DNA from: Pocillopora damicornis | Taxonomy: Eukaryota | DNA: 64,000 nt | Direction of reading: 5' to 3' | NCBI RefSeq assembly: GCF_003704095.1 | Contig: NW_020847347.1 | Location: 1 to 64,000, forward strand | In this document: positions 12,229-24,000 of the stretch, in pieces | Position numbering within the stretch: position 1 is the first letter of the stretch | How the letters are laid out: each line of letters begins with the position of its first letter | The notes under the pieces: generated by a model | What the model saw: the letters and a program-made list of their open reading frames with translations, nothing else | Databases searched by the model: none | Told to the model about the DNA's origin: nothing | Translations under genes and position numbers: made by a program

Positions 12229-13081
12229 TACAAACTGTATGGTCAGATAACTGTAGAGATGATGGTAAATTCCCGATAGTTAGATCGCGATAATTTATGT
12301 TTATATGAAATGGACGAAATATTTCGAGACAAGGCCGTGAATCCTGTCGAGCCTTGGATCTTTTCAGGTGTCTTTGCATTAATTTTGGTAAATACAGCTC
12401 ACCCGTGAGGATATTTTCTTTCCTTGCTGTTGTTCTTTCCATGCAGTTTGGAGCCAGTAGGTCTATAATGACAAATGACAGTGAGCGTATCAAGAGAGGC
12501 GGATTCGGCCCTGGTGACTTCATTCGGCGACTAAAGGATAAATATTATTTTCCTATTTGTCTGTTTTTGTTGTTGCTGTTCGGTTGTTGATATTTTGTTT
12601 AATATTAGAATAGAAGAAGCGTTAAAAATGAGATAAGACAGATGAATTTGATTTTGGTCGTCATTTTGGGATTGGTATCTAGTAAAATTGACTTCCTATG
12701 CGGTCAGTTTTCTTTAAGAATTGCGCTAACACCGGGCCCACGCCACGAGCCGCTAACCAGTGATCTGGTAAACCCTCTTAAAATTCACAACAGACGAAAT
12801 GGCGGTTCGCAGAAAAGTGAATCTTTTTCTTTTCCAAAAACTCTTTTCACTCACGGCAGGATGTTTTTTTTTCTTTTTCAATCAGGAAATTAATAGTTCG
12901 TGCGCCTTTGGGGTCTAGCTTTACTTTGGTTTCAAACCAAACGCTTTTTCTTCATTTTAATGTTTCGTGATGAGAGATTGACGTTAAATCTGCGTACAAA
13001 AACCAAAGCAATCAAATGCGAGCGCAAACAAATAGGATTTTTTCGTTTAGGGTTACCGCGGAAAGGTCTCTAAAGAGATTG

Positions 13082-13597
13082 CGTCTTATGGGAAATTTCA
13101 CCCCGATGATTTTTTCGACTTTTTGAAGATAGTATTTTTTTAAATAACCCGCGCACGTTTTGAGATTAACTCTAAATTTTATGAAAGTGTTGACCTGTTA
13201 GGGTTTGGGGTATCGCCGCACATGAAAAGAAATTTGTCAATATCAATAAAGAATAACTGACAACAGTCATTGCACTTTTGAATTATTGTCAGACAGGCAA
13301 CAACGCGCGCGCACAATAACCGAATGTAAAAATAGCTCGGGGGTTTACGTCTTACGGGAAATTTGACACCGATAATTTATTTCACCTTTTTAAAAGTAGT
13401 ATTTTTCTCATTAACCCGCGCACGTTTTGAGATTAACTTTAAATTTTCTGATAGTGTTGACTTGTTAGGGTTTGAATTATCACAGCACATGAAAAGAAGT
13501 TTGTCAATATTGATTAAGATTAACTAGCAACAGTCTTGGCACCAATGAATTACTGTCAGACAGGCAACAACGCGCAGCAACCGAATGTAAAAATAGC
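13082..13597. repeat. Diverged ~265-bp tandem duplication
   Basis: Units 13082-13336 and 13348-13597 share CGTCTTA.GGGAAATTT, TAACCCGCGCACGTTTTGAGATTAACT, GCACATGAAAAGAA, TGTCAGACAGGCAACAACGCGC and AACCGAATGTAAAAATAGC. Confidence 0.9.
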
Positions 13598-14158
13598 ACG
13601 GAAGAGCATAGAGGAAAAGCAGCACTGCAAAAGATTAGCACTGTACAGGTGAGAAATTCCAAGAAAAAATGATTGAAGGAATCATATTTCAAGTTTTTGT
13701 CGTGCCATTTTAAAGTATAAAAAATATATCACTGGATAATGATGTTTCTTTGGTGTTTAACCCATAAATGGTCACCGGTCAGTTGCTTCCATAAGTTAAC
13801 CTATCTTAAGCGACTCTTAACAAGACCTCGACTTCTTTAATTATCATCCGAGTTGAATTACGGCTAGGAGAATCCCCTCTGCTGTCAAATGTTTGTAAGC
13901 GTTTATATGAAGAAAAGAAGTTAAACCAGGCCAGTCCCTCTTCCAGGGTATACCTTGTAGAAATCTGGTTGGGTATAAAACTCATTCAAATTTTCGTATG
14001 GACAAGCTATTCAGGGTAGGTACGTTCTCTCCAATAACATTGTCTGAATCGCTTCTTCTTTTTAATTTAACCAGTTTGAACTAATCACGAACCACCATTT
14101 TGTCGTACTGGACTTGCATAGGGTGCGATTTGTCCCCTTGAGGTCTTTGATCGGTTCT

Positions 14159-14370
14159 TTAACCCTTTACACCCTAACATCAGAATACATATTCTGGATA
14201 CCGTTCTCTATATATTTCCTAAGATGATGACAAGGAGAATTTGTTTAGCAATCAAGAGCTTCTTTAGTCAGTGATCATTTTCTTTATTCTCGTGACCTTG
14301 ATATGTGATTCAGGGGTGATACAGCAAGGAGAAATCAGATGCTTATCACTCTTAGGATGTAATGGGTTAA
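14159..14370 (+). mobile_element. Full-length TTAA-flanked MITE (piggyBac-like ends)
   Basis: TTAA-CCCTTTACA...TGTAATGGG-TTAA; the same interior occurs at four other sites in the window. Confidence 0.8.
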
Positions 14371-14854
14371 AGACTGACGCGGGTCAGTCTCAAAGCAAAC
14401 CTCGTGTTAGTACAGAAGGACAATCCGGGTTTCGGTCAATTTATAATTATCAGCCTTAAGCACTTTTTTTGAGACAGTTCTGCCGAAGTTTCAAATCGGC
14501 CCATGTTCACGAGAGGAGATGTAAGTAAATAGCGACCGAATAGCGCTGCAAGACGCTTCCCTGCCCGTGGGAAGATTTAGAGCGAGTCGGGGAGAGTTGG
14601 CCGTGGGTTCTGGCATCCATTATCAGCACTGGACCCCTCACAGACCTCTCCCTAGCTCTCCTCGCTAAACGCTCTTTCCAGCGATCAAAGAAATGCCGGT
14701 TCCGATAAATTTGCCGATGCAATGCTCTTACATTGTGTGCATCTAACGCGTGGAGAAGTGGGGAAGGAGGCTAATTCTCTGATTTGAGTCAAACATTGTG
14801 TCAAACGTTGTTCATATTTTCTTTTCCTTTTATTTTCACAGGCAGTAACCAGAG

Positions 14855-17800
14855 ATGATGTTTCGTAAAGTACAGAAGCTGTTCTTACTTTCCCTGTTTG
14901 TTTTAATAGCAATTATTGTCCGTGAATTTTTTAAACTTGAATTCTTACGCCTCGTGAAACTAGCCGACTTTAGCCAAGATCAGTTAACACATGATCAGTT
15001 ACCACTTGATCGATTAACAGCTGATAGATTATCACGTTCATCAAGTGACCGTGAAAGTTTTTTCACTGACTGGTGCCGACTTCAGCGGTCGAGTGTGGAC
15101 TGGGAAGTATTGTCGGGAAGCTGTCATGACAAAATGGCTTGGACACAGCGTGAGTCCTCTTCAAAAAACAGAACAGACCCTGATAAGAGTTTTATCTTAA
15201 AGAAGGAAGTAAAAGCTCAAGGTAAACAGATATAAACACACCTTTCTGAGAAGCTGATTAATTTTGTAACTGTTTGGATGCTTTCAAGAATGTGAGTGTG
15301 AAAAGAGGCATTGGGTTGCAAGCAGGTTTTTATTTCTCTTTATTTATTCCATTGTTATTTGCTGTCATCATCTTCGTGTTTTCAAAAATGACTAAAAACT
15401 ACAAGAAAAAAATCAGTTCAACAACTGACGTTTTAAAAGAAGTATTTAATTTCCCCAGAGGAAAAAAAATGGTCCGTTGTAAATTGCTTCCATAATGATG
15501 CCTACGAATATTACGCTTAAGTTTTCCAGTGTAAAATTCAGTCCTTTACACAAATGTTAAATTATTTTAAATTGGATACACTGTAGGTTGTATGTACAAT
15601 TTTTGTATAGTAGAACCCGAAACCCAACATAATTTTTTCCAAAGCCTTTTTCCACTGTTACTCTGGCAGGATTTTGAGCAGGATTACTCGACCATCACAA
15701 AGCAGCAGATAACACTCAACTCAAGGTTTAATAATATGATCCTCTTGCCTCTTCCTCAACTATTTGATTTATTACTGAAAAAATATATTTGTGAGATTGC
15801 AAAAAGACCAAAGTATCTCCAACTGTTAATCGTTTAGATTTAATAAACTCCTGACACGAAACTGAAAAATGCATTACAACTAAAAACAACAACTTAACTA
15901 AATTTTTCACATATATATGATCCATAAAGCCAATATAAACATTGTACTAGCAGTTTTTAATTTCTTTTTTTTCTTTTTATTTTCTTAACAAGTAGTGAGA
16001 AGCTCTTAAAAATTTAAATAATTGTGATGGTTATGATTATAGAAAAATTAATGATGATTATACTAGAAACGATTTTAATGCAAATTATAATAATGACAAA
16101 AATAATGATGATTAAAATAATGATATCATTAATGGTTGATACTAATAAACTCAAAGCATTTTGATTTGGCACCACTAAATTTACTCTCAATACTTTTCAG
16201 GCGAATTTAGTCGCTTCTTTATCCAGTCCGTGACCAAAAGTGGCCAACTTAAGGAGACTGGGGGAGATTCGTGGAGAGTTCACATCAGACAAGGTCCAGC
16301 ATCCTTAACACCGATCGTGGTCGACCATAATGATGGAACATACGAGGTTCTGTTTCTTGCACTGGAGCCTGGGAATTACTCGGTCCAGGCTATTCTGGAT
16401 TTCACGCTTTGCGATGGCTTTAGAGATCCACCGGAGGATTGGTACATAAAAGGTTCTCTTTTTATATGTAAATTCAGCATCGCAACTGGCAGTTGTTGAT
16501 GTGGGAATTTCGTTCTAAAGGTCTTGCGGTTCATTGACAAAATGAAATAACAAAATGATAATCACTTCCACGCCTTTTCTCCTTTTTTCTTAAGGTGACA
16601 TTCAAGGCCACAAACAGGAGACTGGTATCCTGGGAGATATTGACCATGATTTTATTGAAGCACCGCTTCAAAGTGGAAAGCCGATCAAGTTTTATATCAA
16701 AGAGTGCAATAAAACAAAAGGTAATAATGTGAATTATTTTTACCAAGAAAATAATTTGCTTACTGCAACTTTTTTTTAAACAACGTAAGAGAGCAATATT
16801 TTCAGAAAGTAATCATGAACCCGAACATCAGTATGCATATTCTCCATACTGTTCTCAATACATTTCCTAAGATGCCGACAAGGAGAATTTGTTCAACAAT
16901 CAAGAGCTTCTTTAGTTGCGGATCATTTCCTATGTTCTCCTAACCTTCATTTCTTGATTCAGGGGTGATATTGTGGGGAGAAATTGGATGCTAGTCGCTC
17001 CTAGGATGTCGAACCTTCAGGAAATGAAAAGTCTGCACTCTGATGCTCCATCAGCGAGTCACAGTGTATTGTAAATTTAGCTAGGCCGTTACTTTAACGT
17101 ACTATGTACAGGTTTCTTCAAGTACATCCAGCCATTTCTAAGTCAATCAAGTAAAGAAAGTTTCTCCCAGTCGTCTTGTGACTTTAATTGCTCCTTGGTG
17201 TGGAATGGCTTTGGGCGATGGGTCAACAGCATTTGGAAACAATACATGCCTGAAGGTTGGCGAACTTAGTAATAAAATTAATGACTTGATAATGTTAATT
17301 TTTCCTAAACGTTGATGTCAGTTCATGTTCGATCGATGCTTAAAAAGTTTGCTTGGGACGTAAGTTACCACCAGAACTTTTTTCAGGTCTCCTCAACAAC
17401 ATCCTACTAAACACTACGATATGCGAACAATCTTCAAACTATTGCATCGAGAAGAAAGAAATTCTTTTGAGTCTCCCCATTCCAAACTATGGTCTGATTA
17501 TTTAAACCGTTTTTCAGCAAAACCGCGTCCCAAACAATCCTCAATTTAGCCGAACCTTTCATATGAACAGTTACATTTGTGAACAGTGTCAAGAGGGTCA
17601 AAAGCTAACAGTAGAAGGACATTTTTTTAATGAAATCAACCCTCTTATAGGGAGAGCCTGAGGCCCACTGACTGCGTTAAACTGTGGTTTGGGTTGGACT
17701 TCGTGTAAATAAGCGGCCCATATCTGTTTATTTCTTCTTTTTTTTTTATCAGAGATGCAAAAGGCACAATATGCGGAAAAACGTCTTAAGAGAAAATTAG

Positions 17801-20088
17801 ACGATCTAATGTTTTATGGGGATTCCACAAACGTGCATTTCCATTCTCTTGCAATGAGAAGTCAGCTTTGTAAGAAAATGTTTCATACCTGCGGGAAGAA
17901 GTACATGTGGACTTATGATGTGAGTGGAAAGAAACTTTTGCTTATTTATAATTTGCTTATCAAAAGTCTTTCGTTTGTTGATTTGAATTTGGGATCAATC
18001 CTCTTGACACAGAACCTCGAAAAAGTTGGACGAACTAAATAATGAAAATAAAATTGACACCGAAACACTCTCTTCGTTTAGAAGATTATAGCAAAAACAT
18101 CACTCTAATTGGGCGTATAACCAGTTTTTTTGGTTGTTTATTACCAACTTGTAGTTGATAATACATTTAAACTAGGTTCTATTTTCTGCTTTCGACTTTT
18201 TTGTTTACTTTGTTTGTTTCGTTAATGAAACAGTATCTACCTTGGGAACATTATTTTTGCAAATTTGAAATAAGTAATGATAATGGTAAGGGTGGGATCC
18301 AACTTGGTCTGAGATCCTTTGAATGATTCACGAAAACGGACGACCGCTAAGCGGGAGTCGACTTGTTTATTACGAGTATAATTACAGGTAGAACTGGACG
18401 CCACGAAATTTTGTTCCCTCTTAGTCAAAACTAGCCCTGGGTTATACTTTTCATAAAAAAACAACAGATAACTCGACGATATTCTTGACAACAGCGTACG
18501 CACACGACGGGTACTGTCCAATAACAGATGCATGATATACAGACTGTCGAATTACACAGTTCAATTATAAGCTTGACGCCCATACTTTCCTACTAGTGCT
18601 CAAATCGGGCTGGTGATAACCAATCATGTTCGAAAATTTTGTAGTGATTTTGATTAGCCGAAGTAGATTTAGATGAGAAACAAATTATTAAATTATGTCA
18701 CGGCATTTTTGTCAGCTAATCTCTCCGTTGGTAAGATTTTTTTAACGTTTCCATGACAGATATTTGTTCTCATATTCTTTTGAAGTTTTATCTCTTGGTT
18801 TTATGAAGCATTAAAAAGGATGACGCGAGCGCCCGTTGTGTATCTTTGCAGGTCTCCTGGAAAGGAAGCGATGATAGAGATTTCAACCAGACTATTGTCT
18901 TTGAGGAGATCCAAAAAGTCTTGGACAGCCTTAACATGACAGGGAATCAAAGCGTTTTCTTTTTTAACGTCGGTATACATTACTCACTATCGCTGAACTT
19001 TTCAGCTTACCAAATGCTGATTGATAGCATTATCGAGATACTAAGGAGAGACACTGGTACTGAGAATGAAGGCGCGTTGAGTAGCCGGGCACTTTCCATT
19101 TGGCGAAGTAACGCGGCTGTAGAGGTGGAGCGTTTTAAAGACTGTTTCCCGCAAGTGAACTATACCGAATGGAGATTCTTTACCAATCAGGTAATAATAC
19201 AAGTTGAAACATCATATGCCTTAATTGCAAACATGATCAGGACTATTTTGCTGACCAGTGAAAGGACGTATTAGTANNNNNNNNNNNNNNNNNNNNNNNN
19301 NNNNNNNNNNNNNNNNNNNNNNNNNNNNNNNNNNNNNNNNNNNNNNNNNNNNNNNNNNNNNNNNNNNNNNNNNNNNNNNNNNNNNNNNNNNNNNNNNNNN
19401 NNNNNNNNNNNNNNNNNGGGGGGGGGATACCACAGAAAATTGATCGCCAATTAAGTGGCAATGAGAGGGGAATCATAAGAATATTTAAAACCCGTCTGGG
19501 GGATATCAGGTAAATATTTACCGTGACACCGTGACCAAAATCTTCCGAACTCCTTCCCCCACTCACCCCAAGTTGTATACAATGACCGGTCTCTAAACTG
19601 GGGATACACATTCAAGACGACTGCGTCAGTGAATGCTTGGCATGTAAAACGATGGATGGTTGGCATGTGCACCCCAATTTTTTTTCCCATTTGTTTCAAT
19701 TTCGTCTTCCAGAGGACTTTGACACTTGACTGACACTTGACATCAAAAACTTTGCCATAACAACTGAAAAAATCATGGGACTGAGGATTGCGACAATGTC
19801 TGTTACGTAAACAAACTATTAATGTTTCAAATTTGTTTATAACATTTTGCCTAATTTGTCTCATCTCTTCCTTGCTTGCCTACTTTGTCTACGATTCAGA
19901 GGAATCAGCTGTTCCATACTTATGCTACAGACGCTATGTGTAAGGCAGGAATCCCTGTTCTTGATATTTACCCGTTGACCACTGCTTGGCCTGAAGGCAC
20001 CCGTGATTCCATGCACTACATTGATAAACCATTGGAGCCTGCAATTAGAGCTTTGGAGCGATTTCTTACTGAAGTATCACTGAGATAA
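14855..20088 (+). CDS. NXPE/PC-esterase-family-like type II membrane protein (Ig/filamin-like domain plus SGNH-like domain), 527 aa
   Basis: Phase-consistent GT-AG exons 14855-15221, 16201-16452, 16595-16720, 17112-17255, 17753-17919, 18852-19190, 19900-20088 (1584 nt). N-terminal hydrophobic anchor; GGDSWRV..VVDHNDGTYEVLF; FYGDST; FNVGIHY; DSMH (DxxH). A gap at 19277-19417 lies in the last intron. Confidence 0.82.
16818..17010 (+). mobile_element. Truncated copy of the TTAA MITE family
   Basis: AACATCAGTATGCATATTCTCCATACTGTTCTC...ACAAGGAGAATTTG...GATTCAGGGGTGATA matches 14159-14370. Confidence 0.75.
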
Positions 20089-21023
20089 CGGAGTTCTTCA
20101 GTGACGCCTTACAGACCGTGAGAAAGAGAGGATCATACTGTTACCTTCTATAAGAGAGGATCACTGCTTTAGTTAAGCCATAACTCTCTTGTTAAGATGT
20201 TTCTTTGCCTTTTGATTAATACAAATAGATTACGTTTTTATCAACTCAAAGGGCGTTTTCCCACAGTTGCACAATAGCTTGTGGATCTTTCCTCGCATTC
20301 AAGTCATCTTAGTCCAATAATAATCATCATCTTTTCCCTAATGCATTAAAGCCGTTCATTTTCAAGCAATATTCTCGAATACAATGTTGAGGTTTGCCCA
20401 GGAACTGGCATAGACATTTCATACCTGTTAGCCTTAGCTTGCTTAAAAAGTCATCTCGATACGACTCCTTATTGTGTCCTTAGTAAGCGACAGGGCCTCT
20501 ATTAACATGATATAGTTGTCTCCTAACCAAAATCACGTGCAAGTAGTTTCATCTTTAATTTGTTAGGTGACCATTGTTGGACTTCTGTGGAATGTTCAGC
20601 TGTCTTCTATAACATATGCTGCACAAGCCAACACATTTCCCATTTTGATCGCACAAACGATACCTCTAAAGTGATGATACCATAAGATTTAAGATCTTCA
20701 TTATCAAACCATGCAGACTTTTTTGTTTAACACCTGTTTATTGTAATCAAGTCAGTTATAACATAGATATATTCCACAGCTTTCTAGAGGTCGTTAAGCC
20801 TCTGAAAATCTGAAATAATGGCATGTAACTTAAATAGAAATAAGAAGAATGGGTTTCGACAGTAGTCGTTTATATCACCGGCAGTCTACTGTAACTTACT
20901 GGATTTTTATAGCCCCTTACGCGGTTATAGTCGCTTATATCACCATCAGCAGCCCCTTTTGAACAAAAGAAATGTTATATATTTGGAGTCAGGTGTTATG
21001 TGAAAGATAAACTGACCGTGCTT

Positions 21024-24000
21024 TTACGAAATAACACAAATTCCTCCCTTTTGTGGGGGAGGAGGTGGTCTGTTTGCGAGAGCAACAATTTGCTTCTGAA
21101 GCTCGACAATTTGGTCATTTCTTTTTTCCATTGACTGCCGCATATGCTCCATTGACTCCTTAAAGGTTTGATTCTGCTGGACAATTGCCTCTCGATCCTT
21201 TCGCAGCTCCTCCATGTTTGCTGTCATCATATTGTGCATTTGCTCCCTTTGGGCTTCCATGTCCGCTTTAAACTGCTCTTCCAAGCGTTTCCTGTCTTCC
21301 TCTTGCTTAGCTTTCAGAATTTCCATCTGGAACACAAAACAAAATTCGATAATTGACATCTAAAACATTTTTTAAGCTTATGTCTACTCAATCTTTCAAT
21401 TGAACTGGAGCATAGGAGAAAATGGCAATTAATCAGACTTAGGTGGGCGGTGGAATAGGGACATCGGTAGAATGGTATTAGTATTGCACAAACATGGAAG
21501 TAACCCACGAAAAAGTGATCATGGATGATGTGCTAACTCTTTGTATGTTACCTTCAAGTAACACCCGTGTAAAGTAAAGAAACAAAGCAAATACAACAAA
21601 AAACAACAGCAACAACGGCAACAAACAAAATCACCCAATAAACCAAAAAGCAAACGAAAAAAAAAAAACAGATACGAGGAAACCCACCTCTTTTTCTTTT
21701 GCACGCCGCTCCTCTTCCAACCGAGCATTCTCTTCCTAGAGTTCAATCATAAATCGTTTCGCATCATTGATATAGGTTGCAATCGGTATTTCAATGAGAA
21801 CCAATTTTTGCCGCAAATGCAGTGGGATTTGTAGCATATTCCATAAACCATGTTTTTACCATTACTATTAAAATTTTTGTAATCACCAATCGTCATCATT
21901 ATTATTACTAATTTTTACATAATATACATAATCTGCACAATAAAGTAAAATTTCAGACGATAAATTGTGCTTTAAAAGCTTTATATAATTTTAAAACTGA
22001 GGTAAGAACATACAGCAAGAAAAACACGACGCCTCCGACAAAGGCATGATACCAAATTCTGCTTTTGTTTTTCCAATGCTAGCGCTTGAGGCAAGTTTGT
22101 ACAATTACCATTAAGCTGCTTTACTGTAACTCCACGCTCGACATATGTTTACCCTCAAGAAATTTTTTGACACAAGCGTAAGAAAAAAAATTTAGGGAGA
22201 CTGATTGAAATAAAACTAATCAGGTAACACGTAGGTATGTGCGTGGGCAATAGTATCTCTTTCGCTAATTATTAAAAGTGTCACCTCTATTCGTTGTCTC
22301 TCCTGCTCCTGACGAGCCTTTTCTTGTCTTTCGAAAGCCAAAGACTCGTCGAAGTCTTTCAGCTGTTGTAGATACGCCATGTGTTTCTCCATCTCTGCCT
22401 GCATTTCCTACAATGCCCAAATAAGAGTTTAGAAGACTTATTTGGCTTCACGAATAAACATAGAGATTTGTAGGGATATGTCCTATAACTTAAATCCGAT
22501 TATTCCTTTTTGCCGATGGTTTGCCCACTACTTTGCTTATATCTTGCTCGACTGCACTGGACTGATTTGAACGTTTTCAACTGATCAAAACAAATCCCAC
22601 ATACACCTACCGGATGAAACTCGTAAAACACTTGAGCGCAAATGTCCTTGGCTCCCTTTGCGTCACGTTTAAATCCCTGTTCAATTGCTGAGTAGCCACC
22701 AATGATCTGAGCAAAGCTCACTGATGCTCCATCCTTGCCGCTTAGCTCCCTCAGAATGGGGTCCAAGAGTTCTTCTTTCAAGGCCCTCAGCAATTTATGG
22801 CATTGTTCTTTCGTTTGTCGATTGTTCTCACCCTGCCATCGTTTCAACGCCTCGTTCATACTATCCTAAAAAGAAATAACGATGCTTATTTCATAAGAAT
22901 GTCGTAGTTTTAGTATGAAACGTAGGCGTCCTCAGGACACTAAAGTACTGAGTATTCCTAACAGGAGCTGCGCTTATGAACCTCTGAGCCAATACTAACT
23001 CATGAAAAACTGCTGATTTGCCACACCTGTACTCAAAATGCCATTGAATTCATGAACTACCCACGGATGAATATCCTTCAACCTTCAAAAGCTTGTTAGG
23101 TCATTATGTGAGAAAATTTTTATAATCAGCACATTCATAATAACACTGTAATGTTGCAGTCGTACCATGAGCTCATCCAAATACTTCTCGCTACTCGAGG
23201 CGGAAACTCCCACAGTTTCTTCCTGAAAAATCCTCATGCTTTCTCCAATAGCTCTTTCCTGAACTTGACGAATGTTATCGCTGTCACAAGGCAGTAAACC
23301 ATCCAGCTCTGACGTCATTACACTTTCATACACCCTTAAGGCGGCAAGTTTCGCCTCAGTGCACTTAGTGTGCACAAAGGTCTCCCACGCACTCTGCACA
23401 CTGGGTACTGTGCCAGGAGTGTTCAAGGCAGAAACGTAAATATTAACGAGAGCTGCCAGAGCTATGATTATAGAAAGATAAAAAATTAATTTCAGTGAAA
23501 AATTATATTTAATTCATTACGTAGTCAAGATCAAAGGAAAAAATAATTTACGGTCACTAAATATCTTTGACGGGTATGACAAAGGCGGGTTTTCCATCTC
23601 AAATTTCGTCTCTTTTGTACAAATTCTACAAAGTTATAAAACGTTATAAGCTTAGATTTTATGGGATTTATGAAAAACGCAAATTTTTGAGCTGTACTCT
23701 AAAGATTCACACTCAGAGCTATCTTTATAATCAGAAACTCTGGACATCTGGCGCTAAAAAAGCTGTCTGCATCTATGATCAATTTTTCTGATGACTTTTT
23801 TCCATATAAGCCAAAGTCACAAAATAAACGGAAAAAAGGTGTCCTTGCTTGATATGAATGACTCTGAAGGAAATGATCCCAATTCAATTCCCAAGGCCTT
23901 TTCGTTGAAAATAAGTTATGAAGTAAAGATCTGATTTTCATTTGTCCTGGATTTTCAACTGGACCGTGAGAGGTCATACTGTGCACTGCGTCCATTCCCT

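Noticed and set aside
12209-12590. Overlapping ORFs and a possible minus-strand exon at 12402-12530
   Set aside because: No recognisable protein in any frame and no partner exons found.
13047-13055. Telomerase RNA template TAACCCTAA (minus)
   Set aside because: Only 9 nt; no convincing pseudoknot, CR4/5 or H/ACA domain.
14590-14655. RNase P RNA or 7SK identity for the GC-rich fold
   Set aside because: Short resemblances only; spacing is far too short, no 3' P4 partner, and a single GATC.
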